A stretch of DNA of 64,000 nt from the IMG/VR virus record IMGVR_UViG_3300008266_000002; one strand, given 5' to 3'. The translations under genes and the position numbers were made by a program. The notes beneath the pieces are model-generated. The model saw nothing but the letters and a program-made list of their open reading frames with translations. It searched no databases and had not been told where the DNA came from. The DNA is from a virus. Shown in pieces: positions 38,602 to 47,843 of this stretch (position 1 is its first letter; the number at the start of each line of letters is the position of its first letter).

Positions 38602-40493
38602 ATGAAACAAACAACAAAAAGCACTTCCGGAACACACTTCTTAGATGTAACAGTGTTCGCTTCTCACAATGAGATAACTGCTATCTGTGGTAAACCACAA
38701 TCCTCTTCTGATGACTTTAAGTGTCGTTACTGTTGGGACATGGAAACCGAAGATGGTGATGTCTTCACCGTCTATGACTGGAAAGACCTATTCATTAGAA
38801 AAAAGGATGAACCAATCACATGGCACATAGGTAGCTTTGATTACCTTGCTGCTGATACTGCTCGATATGAAATTAATCAAGCCTTAAAACAATTACGAAA
38901 TGAAAAAGAGATACCTTCTTAAAAGAGTGAATGATGGCCAGCAATGGATATCCACAAATATCAAGTATGTCGATTGGGAAGATAACATTTTTGGAGACCT
39001 TTGTGAAGATATTGCTGTTGGTCGATCATGTATGTTGAATCCAGAACGAGGGATGGAGTTTGTATGGTTAACTACTCCAATAAGTAGAATAGACCAGAGA
39101 GCCGATGAAACTCACTTTTTTACAGTTAACAGTCACTATATTCTTAAACAATTAGATTAATAAAGTTATGACACCATCACAAAAAAGAATCCTAAGAGAT
39201 TTTAATAGATTTAATGAGATCCTATTTTTCATATTGCTTACGTTGAAACTCGCACAAGTTGGAGAAGTACAACACTGGTCTTGGTATTATGTTACAATGC
39301 CTCTATGGTTACCGTTTGCTATTTTTTCTATTACTTGGGTCATTTTATCGATACTAATATTTTTTCTTAAACTAATACCAAAAAACTAAATATATGCCAA
39401 ATTTTCGTGTGTTTACTGAAGTAGATATTGAAATAGACGAGATCGTAGATGATCTCAGTCCTTTAGAAGTAGAAGAGCTTATTGATTATCTAAAAGAAGA
39501 AGGGTATCTTAAAAATGGGAAATATAAACACAACTACGATAATGGAAGTGAAAACTTACACGATCGTATGTGGTCTGAGACCTGTAAAAAGCTCTTGGAT
39601 AACAGATTGCAGCTCACTAATGAAGAGCAGGAAATTATTGAAAAGATTGCGTCACGATTTATTTAAACAACATGGGAACAAATTATTATAGAATACCATC
39701 ACAAGAAGAGATGTTAGAACGAAAGGAGCTACTAATTCAAAGAGCTCAGAACTTAGACATTAACTCCTCAAACATTGCATGTGAGTTCCGAAACATTAAG
39801 AAAATGGATCGTGATTGGGATGCATTTAACATGTGGGATGATTTCACTAAGGATATGCTAGTTCATATTGGCAAGCGTAGCTCTGGTTGGAAGTTTCTTT
39901 GGAATTTCAATAAAAAAGCGTATTATAGTGACAGAGAAGAGCTCTTTCAATTTTTACGTAGAGGCAGAGTTGTTAATGAGTACTATGAAGAGATAGATGT
40001 TGAGGAGTTTATTACAATGGCCTTAGAGTGGGGACAACCTGATGGTTATGACCTTAATGCCTATTATAAGAGACATCCAAGACAATACCATTACGATTAC
40101 ATTGAAAAGGAATCCTATATCGATGGGCTAAGAGTTTCACCTTCCACAGATTTTAGTTAATAATAAAACATAAACACAATGGCAAAAAGATTATCGAGAG
40201 AGGAAAAAAAAGACAAAGCAATAGTTGATTTGATTAACCAAATGTTTATATTTGCAGGTCACGCAGTAACTTTTGATGACATCAAAGATCGTAAAGATGC
40301 TTGGTATAGTGAATGGACTATAACAATAGAGCAATATGAAGCATGGATGGCATGGGGTCGCAAGTACTTACAGAAAAACTTCAGGTACATGAATAAGACT
40401 TGGGCTACACGTGAGATGGCTATGATTGGTTTGAATTGGGGATTAAAGTTTGACAGAATGCCAACTCCTGAAGATTTTGATAAAATAAATTAG
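38602..40493 (+). other. Run of six small early hypothetical ORFs (38602-38922, 38900-39160, 39168-39389, 39394-39666, 39672-40160, 40179-40493)
   Basis: Tightly packed + strand ORFs behind one promoter; 39168 is a membrane protein (LKL..V..WSW.YV..PLW). Confidence 0.65.
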
Positions 40494-40501
40494 CAAAACT
40501 G

Positions 40502-40540
40502 TTGTCTCGTGTGTAAAAACATAGTATCTTCAGGTATAAC
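40502..40540 (+). promoter_or_regulatory. Early-type promoter
   Basis: aactgTTGtct-N20-TATCTTCA-ggTATAAC. Confidence 0.7.
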
Positions 40541-40558
40541 AAAAATAAAAGCAATTAT

Positions 40559-42221
40559 ATGAAACCAAACATGAAAGATCCATTACTTCAAGCTCTATAT
40601 GTTGCAACTTATAGATTAGATGATGAGCAGCTAGAGTACATTCTTGAAAATGCTACTGAGGAAGAGTTAAAACACTTTCATGTTATCTCTCAACAAGAGT
40701 TGCCTTCCCATGAACAATTCATCGAAGGATTGAAGGTTAGTCATAAGTACGTGAAACAATATAATCAACTTTAAAATCATACACACATGCAAAACACACA
40801 AGTTTCCAGACAACTATCTCAAGAAGAAACATTAGCTAAAAAAATGACAACGGATATCTTACAAGCGCTAAGAGCTTCTGATAACCCAATGGCTATTTTA
40901 ATTGAGAGCTACATTCAAAAACAACTCGAGACTTATCGAGATGAAATCTTCGAAGCTATTGAAGGTGATCCTTTTAGTATTGATAGCAGAACTTACGAAG
41001 AGTATGAGGCTGATACACGATTAGAAAAGGAGGATCATTATGAATAGTTTGTCATTTTTAAAAATATTACTCTCTCCTTTCCAACCTTTCAAGGTCAAGG
41101 TGTATTGTGGTAAAACTGCTATAGGTGTTCCTTACTTTTATCCTCGAAAATGGGTGAAGGGTACTCCTAAGTTAGCTCACAAAGCTACACTACAGTATAT
41201 ACAAAAGGAAGAGAACTACAATAAAATGAATCCTAACTATACTCGTACGATACGTCCATATGAAGAGGTGTATCAACAATACTTAGGATATTCGTTTCCA
41301 GTACCTCTCAAGGTTGGGTTTAGTTTCTGTGGCTTAGGATATAAGACTAAATGGTCTGACACTGACTACAGATATGAGTATGGACCTGTATTCTCCTTTG
41401 TATTCTTTGGTTACCAATTAGCTATAACAATTGGTCATAAGCATGCAGATCACTACTGGGAGGCTTGGTTGTATTACGAAAATCATACTGACAAGTCTAA
41501 ATCTAAGAAGGAGAGGATCCAACAATGCATTAAAGAGTACCCTCAGACAGTTACTCGATACTCCGGTAACAAAAAGGAAAAAATTGATTATTATCCACTT
41601 ATATTAAAAACAAAATATATAAAATAATATGGAAGATAGAATTCAAATTAATGGTGTTTGGTATATCAAAGCAGAAGATGATAATGATTTATGGAATGAC
41701 GAAGATACGCTAGATGTAGCTTGGTCTAAAAATTGCTTATATGAAACTCATGACTATTGTTGGGAAGCTAGTAGATGCATTACAGATGTTGAGGATTACG
41801 ATTATATGTACGATACTACAATCGACTTCTATATAGATTTCACCGACAAGACCGAAAAACCATGGAAAACAGATACTTGGGATAATCATAGATGGGTACT
41901 TGGAATTCTTGATAACGATCCAGACGCTATGAAAATAGCTAGAAACGAGATGAACGAACAAGGAATCAAAGACTTTAGAAGATTTATCAAACTACTACAA
42001 GACAAAGGATGGATACCAACCGAAAAGTAACAGTGGAGTTTAATGAGTATGATCATACTTGTGCTGATGGATGTTGTAATAGTTGGGGCTTCGAAGTGAG
42101 AGTGAATGGAGTTGAGTTGGATGCACAAAACCTTGACGTACAAACTCAGGTCAGACAGATCCTAGAACACCTAGGTTATGAAGTCGAGATCATTAACAAA
42201 TATAATGGTGAGGAATATTAA
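40559..42221 (+). other. Run of five early hypothetical ORFs (40559-40774, 40787-41047, 41040-41627, 41629-42030, 42009-42221)
   Basis: Tightly packed + strand ORFs. Confidence 0.65.
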
Positions 42222-42230
42222 GTAAGTATT

Positions 42231-42254
42231 GGTCAGGTGGTAGAATTGAAACCA
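42231..42254 (+). pseudogene. 5' fragment of a GTCAGG-type tRNA-like element
   Basis: ggtcaggtggtagaattg matches the 5' ends at 43366 and 49117; no T-arm follows. Confidence 0.55.
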
Positions 42255-42263
42255 TATCATTTG

Positions 42264-42291
42264 GGACAGCATTTTAAAGCTGTCCTTTTTT
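42264..42291 (+). terminator. Intrinsic terminator
   Basis: ggacagc/gctgtcc stem plus T6. Confidence 0.8.
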
Positions 42292-42317
42292 ATTTTAAAA
42301 AAAAATCGTACAAACTG

Positions 42318-42356
42318 TTGTCTATATGAATCAGAGTGGGGACCTTTAGGTATAAT
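42318..42356 (+). promoter_or_regulatory. Strong early-type promoter
   Basis: TTG-N20-GACCTTTA-gg-TATAAT; 33 nt from 42341 identical to 48168. Confidence 0.75.
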
Positions 42357-42392
42357 CAAAAATGAAACAGTTAACAATTAAAAAATCAAGTT

Positions 42393-42626
42393 ATGTACAC
42401 TTCAATCGGTCAAGCACTTAAAGCCCTTAGTTACGGAACCTTTGTTAATGAGTCAGGTGAGTATTGCAGAATATCAAGATACTATCTCAAAAACACTCTC
42501 AGATTCCAAATTGTTTTTAGCGAGAATAATAGCATTACTGCTACTAGACCTGCCATCAACACCGTGTCCGAGAGTAAAGTTCTGAAAATATTAAATTCCG
42601 AAAATTTTAAAAATATTTGTGCTTAA
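42393..42626 (+). CDS. Hypothetical early protein
   Basis: Single-gene unit behind promoter. Confidence 0.6.
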   Translation: MYTSIGQALKALSYGTFVNESGEYCRISRYYLKNTLRFQIVFSENNSITATRPAINTVSESKVLKILNSENFKNICA

Positions 42627-42629
42627 CCG

Positions 42630-42668
42630 TTGCTAGTCTGGATCCGAGTCGTGATCTTTAGGTATAAT
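42630..42668 (+). promoter_or_regulatory. Strong early-type promoter
   Basis: aaccgTTG-N20-GATCTTTA-gg-TATAAT. Confidence 0.75.
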
Positions 42669-42684
42669 CAAAAATAGATACATT

Positions 42685-42846
42685 ATGAAAATTTTAAAAA
42701 CAAATTCTCGTATTGACAATTCAAAAGGATATCTAATTACAAAAAAGGAATATTCTGTTTCAATTGTAAAAATGTTAAAATTCAATTTTGCGTTAATTAA
42801 AATTGGAAATCAAATTTTTACAACCGATTTAGCAAATTTAAAATAA
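42685..42846 (+). CDS. Small hypothetical early protein (53 aa, not in ORF track)
   Basis: ATG directly after promoter; open to TAA at 42846. Confidence 0.5.
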   Translation: MKILKTNSRIDNSKGYLITKKEYSVSIVKMLKFNFALIKIGNQIFTTDLANLK

Positions 42847-42872
42847 TAATCATAATCAAAAATAGAACAGTT

Positions 42873-43091
42873 ATGAATAATCCAAGTAAAATTCAAGATC
42901 TTAAATCAGTTATCGGTAAAAGAGTTTCACAGAATCAATCTCCTACTGGTACTGCCAAGTTAATTAAGATTAAAGGTGCCTACTGTATCTTTGAAAGTCT
43001 TCAAAGTGAGTACATTAAGAAGCCTAAGTCTATGGTTGGTGTTAAATATAATGTCCCAACTGCGTATGCCTGGAATGCTTACTTTTTTTAA
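42873..43091 (+). CDS. Hypothetical early protein
   Basis: Leader ataatcaaaaataga duplicated from 42664. Confidence 0.6.
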   Translation: MNNPSKIQDLKSVIGKRVSQNQSPTGTAKLIKIKGAYCIFESLQSEYIKKPKSMVGVKYNVPTAYAWNAYFF

Positions 43092-43109
43092 AAATATTTC
43101 CTCAAACAG

Positions 43110-43146
43110 TTGTCTAGGAAGAAAATTAGTACTATCTTTCATAATA
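43110..43146 (+). promoter_or_regulatory. Early-type promoter
   Basis: TTG-N20-TATCTTTC followed by (AC)n leader. Confidence 0.6.
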
Positions 43147-43164
43147 ATTCAAAAACACACACAC

Positions 43165-43398
43165 ATGCGAAACGCAATCTTCACCGTTACTTGTCCGAAA
43201 TCTAATGAGGTCGTTAAACAATACGAACTCGAATATGAAACCCTTCAAGGACTAGAAGCCGACTTCTTGGAAAGTCGTCAGGTTTGGTCTGAGTATATGG
43301 TGACTGTTGACGCTGATGAGTGTCATCTTTCTGCTCCTCTCACTTGGAGAGAAGAGGTATGCATTGGTCAGGTGGCGGAATTGGTAGACGCTAAGTAA
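43165..43398 (+). CDS. Hypothetical protein whose 3' end runs into a tRNA-like element
   Basis: MRNAIF start after ACACACACAC; the last 10 codons plus stop are the tRNA-like 5' arm. Confidence 0.55.
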   Translation: MRNAIFTVTCPKSNEVVKQYELEYETLQGLEADFLESRQVWSEYMVTVDADECHLSAPLTWREEVCIGQVAELVDAK

Positions 43399-43478
43399 AT
43401 GGGACAAGAAGAAGTTGCTGGAGGACATTCCCAAGTCAAGCAACATTATTCATATGGGTTCGAATCCCATCCTGACTA
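43366..43478 (+). ncRNA. tRNA-like element with expanded, non-canonical anticodon region (113 nt)
   Basis: Acceptor ggtcagg/cctgact, D-arm tggcggaattggtagacgc, T-arm atgggttcgaatcccat; ~60 nt middle with no 7-nt anticodon loop. Confidence 0.75.
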
Positions 43479-43570
43479 CAAGGAGTTCCAATCTCAAGTG
43501 CTGATTAGTTTAAAGACTGTTCGATGAGCCCATCAAAATTGGTGACATCTTGGAAAGACAAGAGCTTTAA

Positions 43571-43641
43571 TGACTTATGGTGTAATGGTAGCACTACAGA
43601 TTTTGATTCTGTCTGTCTTGGTTCGAATCCAGGTAGGTCAA
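43571..43641 (+). tRNA. tRNA-Gln(TTG)
   Basis: Acceptor tgactta/taggtca, anticodon stem acaga-ttTTGat-tctgt, T-arm cttggttcgaatccagg; CCA not encoded. Confidence 0.93.
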
Positions 43642-43655
43642 CAAAAACAACAACA

Positions 43656-43973
43656 ATGGACAAAGTAATCAAAGACGGTAAAGTAGCAGTAATCATATCA
43701 ACTAACTGGGGATCTGGTTGGTCAAGTTGGAATCCACAATATCCACAATTACTATTTGAACCAAAGATAGTGCAGATGATATTGGATGATAAACGAGAAG
43801 AGATCACACAGCAATGGTTAATTGATAACTTGGGACTACCTGATGTTTGGATACCTTCACCTGATACCTTAAAGATAGTATGGGTACCACAAGGATCTAG
43901 ATTCTTGATAGACGAGTACGATGGGTCAGAGACACTAATATTGGAGGAAGACTTAAATTTGCATACAGCTTAA
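43656..43973 (+). CDS. Conserved phage hypothetical protein
   Basis: DGKVAVI.S...G.GWS.WN...LLFEP...W.P.G..F.I.EYDGSE; true start downstream of the tRNA. Confidence 0.7.
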   Translation: MDKVIKDGKVAVIISTNWGSGWSSWNPQYPQLLFEPKIVQMILDDKREEITQQWLIDNLGLPDVWIPSPDTLKIVWVPQGSRFLIDEYDGSETLILEEDLNLHTA

Positions 43974-43991
43974 AAAAAATAGGCTAAAGTG

Positions 43992-44029
43992 TTGCTTATT
44001 GTTAAAAAAGGGTGATCTTTAGATATAAT
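43992..44029 (+). promoter_or_regulatory. Strong early-type promoter
   Basis: TTG-N19-GATCTTTA-ga-TATAAT. Confidence 0.72.
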
Positions 44030-44044
44030 CAAACATACACAGTT

Positions 44045-44626
44045 ATGACACACGAAATTATTAAAACAGATGATTATCTACTTGTTGTAGATGATTCAGA
44101 AATTAAAGAAGGTGATTACCGAATGAACATTCAAAGAGGTTATGTAAAATTAGTTGATGATGCACCTGAATACTATAACCAAAGGAACGATGTTTTTAAG
44201 AGGGTAATTGCTCACCTACCACTCAACAACTCACCAATTTTAGAGGGTATAGATTTATTACCACCACTTGAACAAGAAGATGATGTTGAGAAGATGGCAG
44301 AAGAAGAAGCAAAGAAGTTGCACGATAAAGGCAAACACGAAGACTATGATATATACAATCAACTTGTTTATGAAGATAAAGAGATGATTAAAATTGGCTA
44401 CAACAAAGCCAAAGAGAAGTACAGATGGTCTGATAAAGATGTAATAAGAATAGTAGAAAAAAGTAGAGAGACAGGACTTACTGCTGAATACCTCCTATTA
44501 TCATTATCACAACCAAAATATCCTATTGCTTTTGAACAAGGAAACGCAGTTAATGATAAAACTTACACATCAGTAATAAGAAGAACTGATGGTTTTACTT
44601 TGTGGATCGGAAAATACATTTACTAA
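44045..44626 (+). CDS. Hypothetical early protein
   Basis: MTHEIIKT start; IAHLPL...LEG..LLPP. Confidence 0.65.
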   Translation: MTHEIIKTDDYLLVVDDSEIKEGDYRMNIQRGYVKLVDDAPEYYNQRNDVFKRVIAHLPLNNSPILEGIDLLPPLEQEDDVEKMAEEEAKKLHDKGKHEDYDIYNQLVYEDKEMIKIGYNKAKEKYRWSDKDVIRIVEKSRETGLTAEYLLLSLSQPKYPIAFEQGNAVNDKTYTSVIRRTDGFTLWIGKYIY

Positions 44627-44627
44627 T

Positions 44628-44840
44628 ATGGAAAAACAACAAACACCAGTACAGTGGCTGTTTAATCAAATGGAACAAATGCAGTATTATATTGGCAATG
44701 ATCTCTATGCAGCATACAAAGAGGCTCTAGAAATAGAAAGGAACTCAATACAAAGTGCATACAATCAAGGTGAATTTGATTGTGGTTGTAATGGTACAGC
44801 AGAGGACTATTACAATAAAACCTATAATGAAAAACTATGA
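44628..44840 (+). CDS. Hypothetical phage protein
   Basis: QTPVQWL...EALE.E...I..AY..G....EDYYNKTY. Confidence 0.65.
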   Translation: MEKQQTPVQWLFNQMEQMQYYIGNDLYAAYKEALEIERNSIQSAYNQGEFDCGCNGTAEDYYNKTYNEKL

Positions 44841-45052
44841 ATGAAGAGGATGTAGTTTTATTACAAACTTATATGATTGGTTTCTCTGATGAATTGAAAG
44901 GTGAAACAAGGGAATTCCAAGACCCAATTTTAATGAGAGCGTATGAGTTGGGAAAAGTTGATGCCTTTGTTGGTGATGATGTTAGAAGCGTAGATTATCA
45001 ATCTGATGAACATTTATTAAAACGAATTAAAAATTTGAATATTTATATATAG
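44837..45052 (+). CDS. Hypothetical protein
   Basis: Coupled ORF. Confidence 0.55.
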   Translation: MNEEDVVLLQTYMIGFSDELKGETREFQDPILMRAYELGKVDAFVGDDVRSVDYQSDEHLLKRIKNLNIYI

Positions 45053-45072
45053 AATAAAAACTATTTAAGAAT

Positions 45073-45552
45073 ATGGAACTAAGAAAATTTATAAAGACCA
45101 CCATACGTGAATATTTGAATGAAAATATTCAAAATAATAAAAACATCAAAACAATAAATTTTGATGAATTATATCATGGAACAACAATGGATAGGTTTGA
45201 AGGTATATCAAAAAACGGATTTTCAATCGAAAAACAAGGTGAAAAAAGTGGTCATGGTAGTGTTCTTGGTGTGTCAATGACAGCCAATATAGAAATTGCA
45301 AAAGAACATGCAGAATGGGCGGTGGAAAAGTTTGGGGGTGAAGAATATATTGTAACTATTAATTCTAAATCATTAAAAATATTGAGTGGTAGTGATTTTG
45401 CACGTATAGATAATGACTACAATAAAGCGTTTATTTTATATAAAAATAGATTAATTGATGGTGTAGAGTTATGTGATATGGAAACTGGTGATGGATGTGA
45501 AGAATTTGAGGTTTTTGTATTTAATATTAATAAATTAAATCAATTACTTTAA
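45073..45552 (+). CDS. Putative ADP-ribosyltransferase-fold protein with shared leader
   Basis: Leader MELRKFIKTTIREYLNE; LYHGT...GF...GVSMT....A..HA...DG....E.EVFVF. Confidence 0.6.
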   Translation: MELRKFIKTTIREYLNENIQNNKNIKTINFDELYHGTTMDRFEGISKNGFSIEKQGEKSGHGSVLGVSMTANIEIAKEHAEWAVEKFGGEEYIVTINSKSLKILSGSDFARIDNDYNKAFILYKNRLIDGVELCDMETGDGCEEFEVFVFNINKLNQLL

Positions 45553-45717
45553 TTGTGTGGTGAAAAAATAAAACATAAAAATTATAACCACGAAACTTAA
45601 TACGAAGCGATAACGTAGCATTGCATATAACGTCCGATGATAAACAATCGTTTTAATGTTGTTTATCATTTGTTATATTTAGTTGAAAAATCATTTTACA
45701 AAAAAAAGAATAAAAAT

Positions 45718-45924
45718 ATGGAAAACAAAATTGAGTGGGGAAAATTAGGACCACATTACAAAAGAAAGTTTATGATTCCTGTTGGTCGTAGGAAGAGATG
45801 GTGGGAATTTTGGAAGAAGGATGAAAGTAAAAAGGCGATAGAAAAACTTATGTCTCAATATAAACAGGAATTAATATTGGGTGAGGATGGTGATATTTTT
45901 ATTCCATCAAATGACTCAAAATGA
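45718..45924 (+). CDS. Cassette A hypothetical protein
   Basis: MENKIEWG...KRWWEFWK...DIFIPS; stop lies within cassette-end repeat. Confidence 0.6.
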   Translation: MENKIEWGKLGPHYKRKFMIPVGRRKRWWEFWKKDESKKAIEKLMSQYKQELILGEDGDIFIPSNDSK

Positions 45925-46054
45925 TTTTTTTCAATTGAATATAACGTTGAGCGTATGTGCTGTGCAGCCTTGCACGTACTTTCAACTTACAAAACAGTTT
46001 ATTGGCTGCATAGCATATACGCATTATTGTGCGTAGTGCTTTAATAATTAAACA

Positions 46055-46240
46055 ATGAGAACACCAGACGAAATAATTGACGAAATAATGAAACTGGCAA
46101 TCGAAATTGATGCACTAAAAAAAATACATTCAGAATTGCATTCAGTTGACGATTCAGAAGAATGGGAACAATCGTTTTTAACTTTATCTGTTAAAAATTC
46201 AAGATTAGATGCATTAAGGTGGGTAATGTCTTTTTCTTAG
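46055..46240 (+). CDS. Cassette B hypothetical protein
   Basis: MRTPDEI...LRWVM; stop overlaps cassette-end repeat. Confidence 0.6.
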   Translation: MRTPDEIIDEIMKLAIEIDALKKIHSELHSVDDSEEWEQSFLTLSVKNSRLDALRWVMSFS

Positions 46241-46324
46241 CATTACGCACAACGTTTTCGGGCTTTGTGTCCGTGCCGTAATAGAAGTAGAAAAGTTCAA
46301 TTAATAACTAAAATTAAATAAAAG

Positions 46325-46666
46325 ATGAAAAGCTCAATTAAAGAACTAAAGCAGGCATGGCACAAAACCCGTGTTATGTGCAGCCTTTTTTACAAAAATG
46401 TTAAGAAAGACGTAAACGAAAGACGAGTTAAGTATTGGTTTCAACAATATTTTGAAGACAATGATTTGCACTCTGGAATATGGCAATTACACCATATCGG
46501 AGTTGTAACAAGTAAAACAGATATTGTTGTAACCATTACACTTGGAAGACCAGGATTATTGATTGGTAAAGGTGGACGAACTATTGACGAAATAACTAAA
46601 CGTCTTTCTGATTGGTTAGAAAAACCTGTCAAAATTAAGATAAATGAGTATAGTGTGTGGTCGTAA
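46325..46666 (+). CDS. Cassette C: KH-domain protein resembling the ribosomal protein uS3 KH domain
   Basis: VTITLGRPGLLIGKGGRTIDEI..RL....KPVKIKINE (GxxG loop). Confidence 0.75.
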   Translation: MKSSIKELKQAWHKTRVMCSLFYKNVKKDVNERRVKYWFQQYFEDNDLHSGIWQLHHIGVVTSKTDIVVTITLGRPGLLIGKGGRTIDEITKRLSDWLEKPVKIKINEYSVWS

Positions 46667-46721
46667 GGTTGCACATAACGGTTCTCAGATATACGCAGTT
46701 CTAACGCAAAATTAAATAGAT

Positions 46722-46907
46722 ATGAAAAACTTAAATAATACAGACAAAACTTCGGACAACGCAGAAAAAGAATTGCGTATATCTGATGTTAGCGGACAGT
46801 TAGTTGATTTTCTAACTTGGTATATACACGAATCAGAATTTAGTAAAGATACTTATAGTATTAAATTAATTGTTGATGAATATTTAAAATCAACTAATTT
46901 ACGCTAA
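46722..46907 (+). CDS. Cassette D hypothetical protein
   Basis: Starts in hairpin loop; stop TAA inside CGCTAAC. Confidence 0.6.
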   Translation: MKNLNNTDKTSDNAEKELRISDVSGQLVDFLTWYIHESEFSKDTYSIKLIVDEYLKSTNLR

Positions 46908-46944
46908 CTAGGATATACACACCACTCTATAACAACAAAAACAA

Positions 46945-47301
46945 ATGGAAATAAGAAGCATCACATACTCACAAGTGCAAGAGGAATTTAGTCATATCAA
47001 ACCAGACTTACTAGATACACAAGCCGTTTACTTTGGATGCTTTATAGATAATGAACTTGCTGGGATCGTATCATATGTAGAACACCCACACGTCATATAC
47101 CTTTGTCATGCATATGTGAAATCACAATACCGAAATGCAGGGATATATAAAATGCTATGGAATTACAGGGACATTCATATTAAAGATAGTAACAAACAAA
47201 CATATGCCCATTGCAATGTAGATAGCTTAAAGCACTTTATTAACAATGGGTATAGTATAGAAAAGGCCCTCTTTAAAGTAGTAAAGCACTCCTCCCAATA
47301 A
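46945..47301 (+). CDS. GNAT acetyltransferase
   Basis: YFGCF....LAGIV...AYVKSQYRNAGIYKML...N..S...F...GY. Confidence 0.8.
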   Translation: MEIRSITYSQVQEEFSHIKPDLLDTQAVYFGCFIDNELAGIVSYVEHPHVIYLCHAYVKSQYRNAGIYKMLWNYRDIHIKDSNKQTYAHCNVDSLKHFINNGYSIEKALFKVVKHSSQ

Positions 47302-47442
47302 TAACATAATAACCCAGTATAACACCCAGTATAGTAGAGGGGGGTCAATAAGGATAAACACTGCGTAATAGAATATCACTAATTAGCTTAGCGGTATATT
47401 TATAAGAGAAATGCATAACGGCTAAAAAAAGAACAACAGTAA

Positions 47443-47781
47443 ATGAAATCACAAACAACATCCAAAAGTAAACTGGCTGAGCTTCGAAAAATAATCAGGG
47501 AGCATGTACGTAAGGTAATACTCAAAGAGCAGGGATCTCTGTACCAAGAAAATAATCAAGAGGATATTATAGACTACTATAAGTCAAGAAACATCATATC
47601 GGTTGGCATGAAAACTAATTTACTATCTAACATGAAGAGTAGATATGATTTTAAGGTCAATGGTGATGAGATCTACTTTTTTGATAAGGGATTCCACTTC
47701 GCAACATTATTCAAAGAAGGTAGCTTTTATGAATTGAAGCATGATGGGACATTAGACCAGTATGGATGGAGAAAGCCTTAA
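47443..47781 (+). CDS. Hypothetical protein with shared leader (LRKIIREHVRKVILKE)
   Basis: Preceded by TATTTATA at 47397. Confidence 0.6.
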   Translation: MKSQTTSKSKLAELRKIIREHVRKVILKEQGSLYQENNQEDIIDYYKSRNIISVGMKTNLLSNMKSRYDFKVNGDEIYFFDKGFHFATLFKEGSFYELKHDGTLDQYGWRKP

Positions 47782-47811
47782 AGAGTACTTTTTATAATAG
47801 TATAAACAAAC

Positions 47812-47843
47812 AAGGGAGTAACAACAAACATTACTCCCTTTTT
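47812..47843 (+). terminator. Intrinsic terminator
   Basis: aagggagtaa/ttactccctt stem plus T-tract. Confidence 0.7.

Larger units (their letters stand above)
45625..46908 (+). mobile_element. Integron-like gene cassette array (four attC-like hairpins, four cassettes)
   Basis: Sites 45625-45678, 45939-46032, 46247-46379, 46673-46794 plus terminal CGCTAAC 46902-46908; each AAC...GTT site has an internal stem, and each cassette's two ends are complementary. Confidence 0.8.

Noticed and set aside
43480-43570. Self-cleaving ribozyme between the tRNA-like element and tRNA-Gln
   Set aside because: Short stems exist (ccaat/attgg, tcttg/caaga), but no hammerhead CUGAUGA core or convincing HDV-like fold by eye; needs a covariance search
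44837-45631. Left end of a fifth cassette matching gcattgcatataac (45618-45631)
   Set aside because: I could not find a complementary gttatatgc... upstream, so the array appears truncated on the left; ORF 45073 is not counted as a cassette
45625-46908. Hairpins read as a CRISPR array, REP elements or simple terminators
   Set aside because: No shared direct-repeat sequence, units contain whole ORFs, most stems lack U-tracts, and the offset end-complementarity is not explained by those classes
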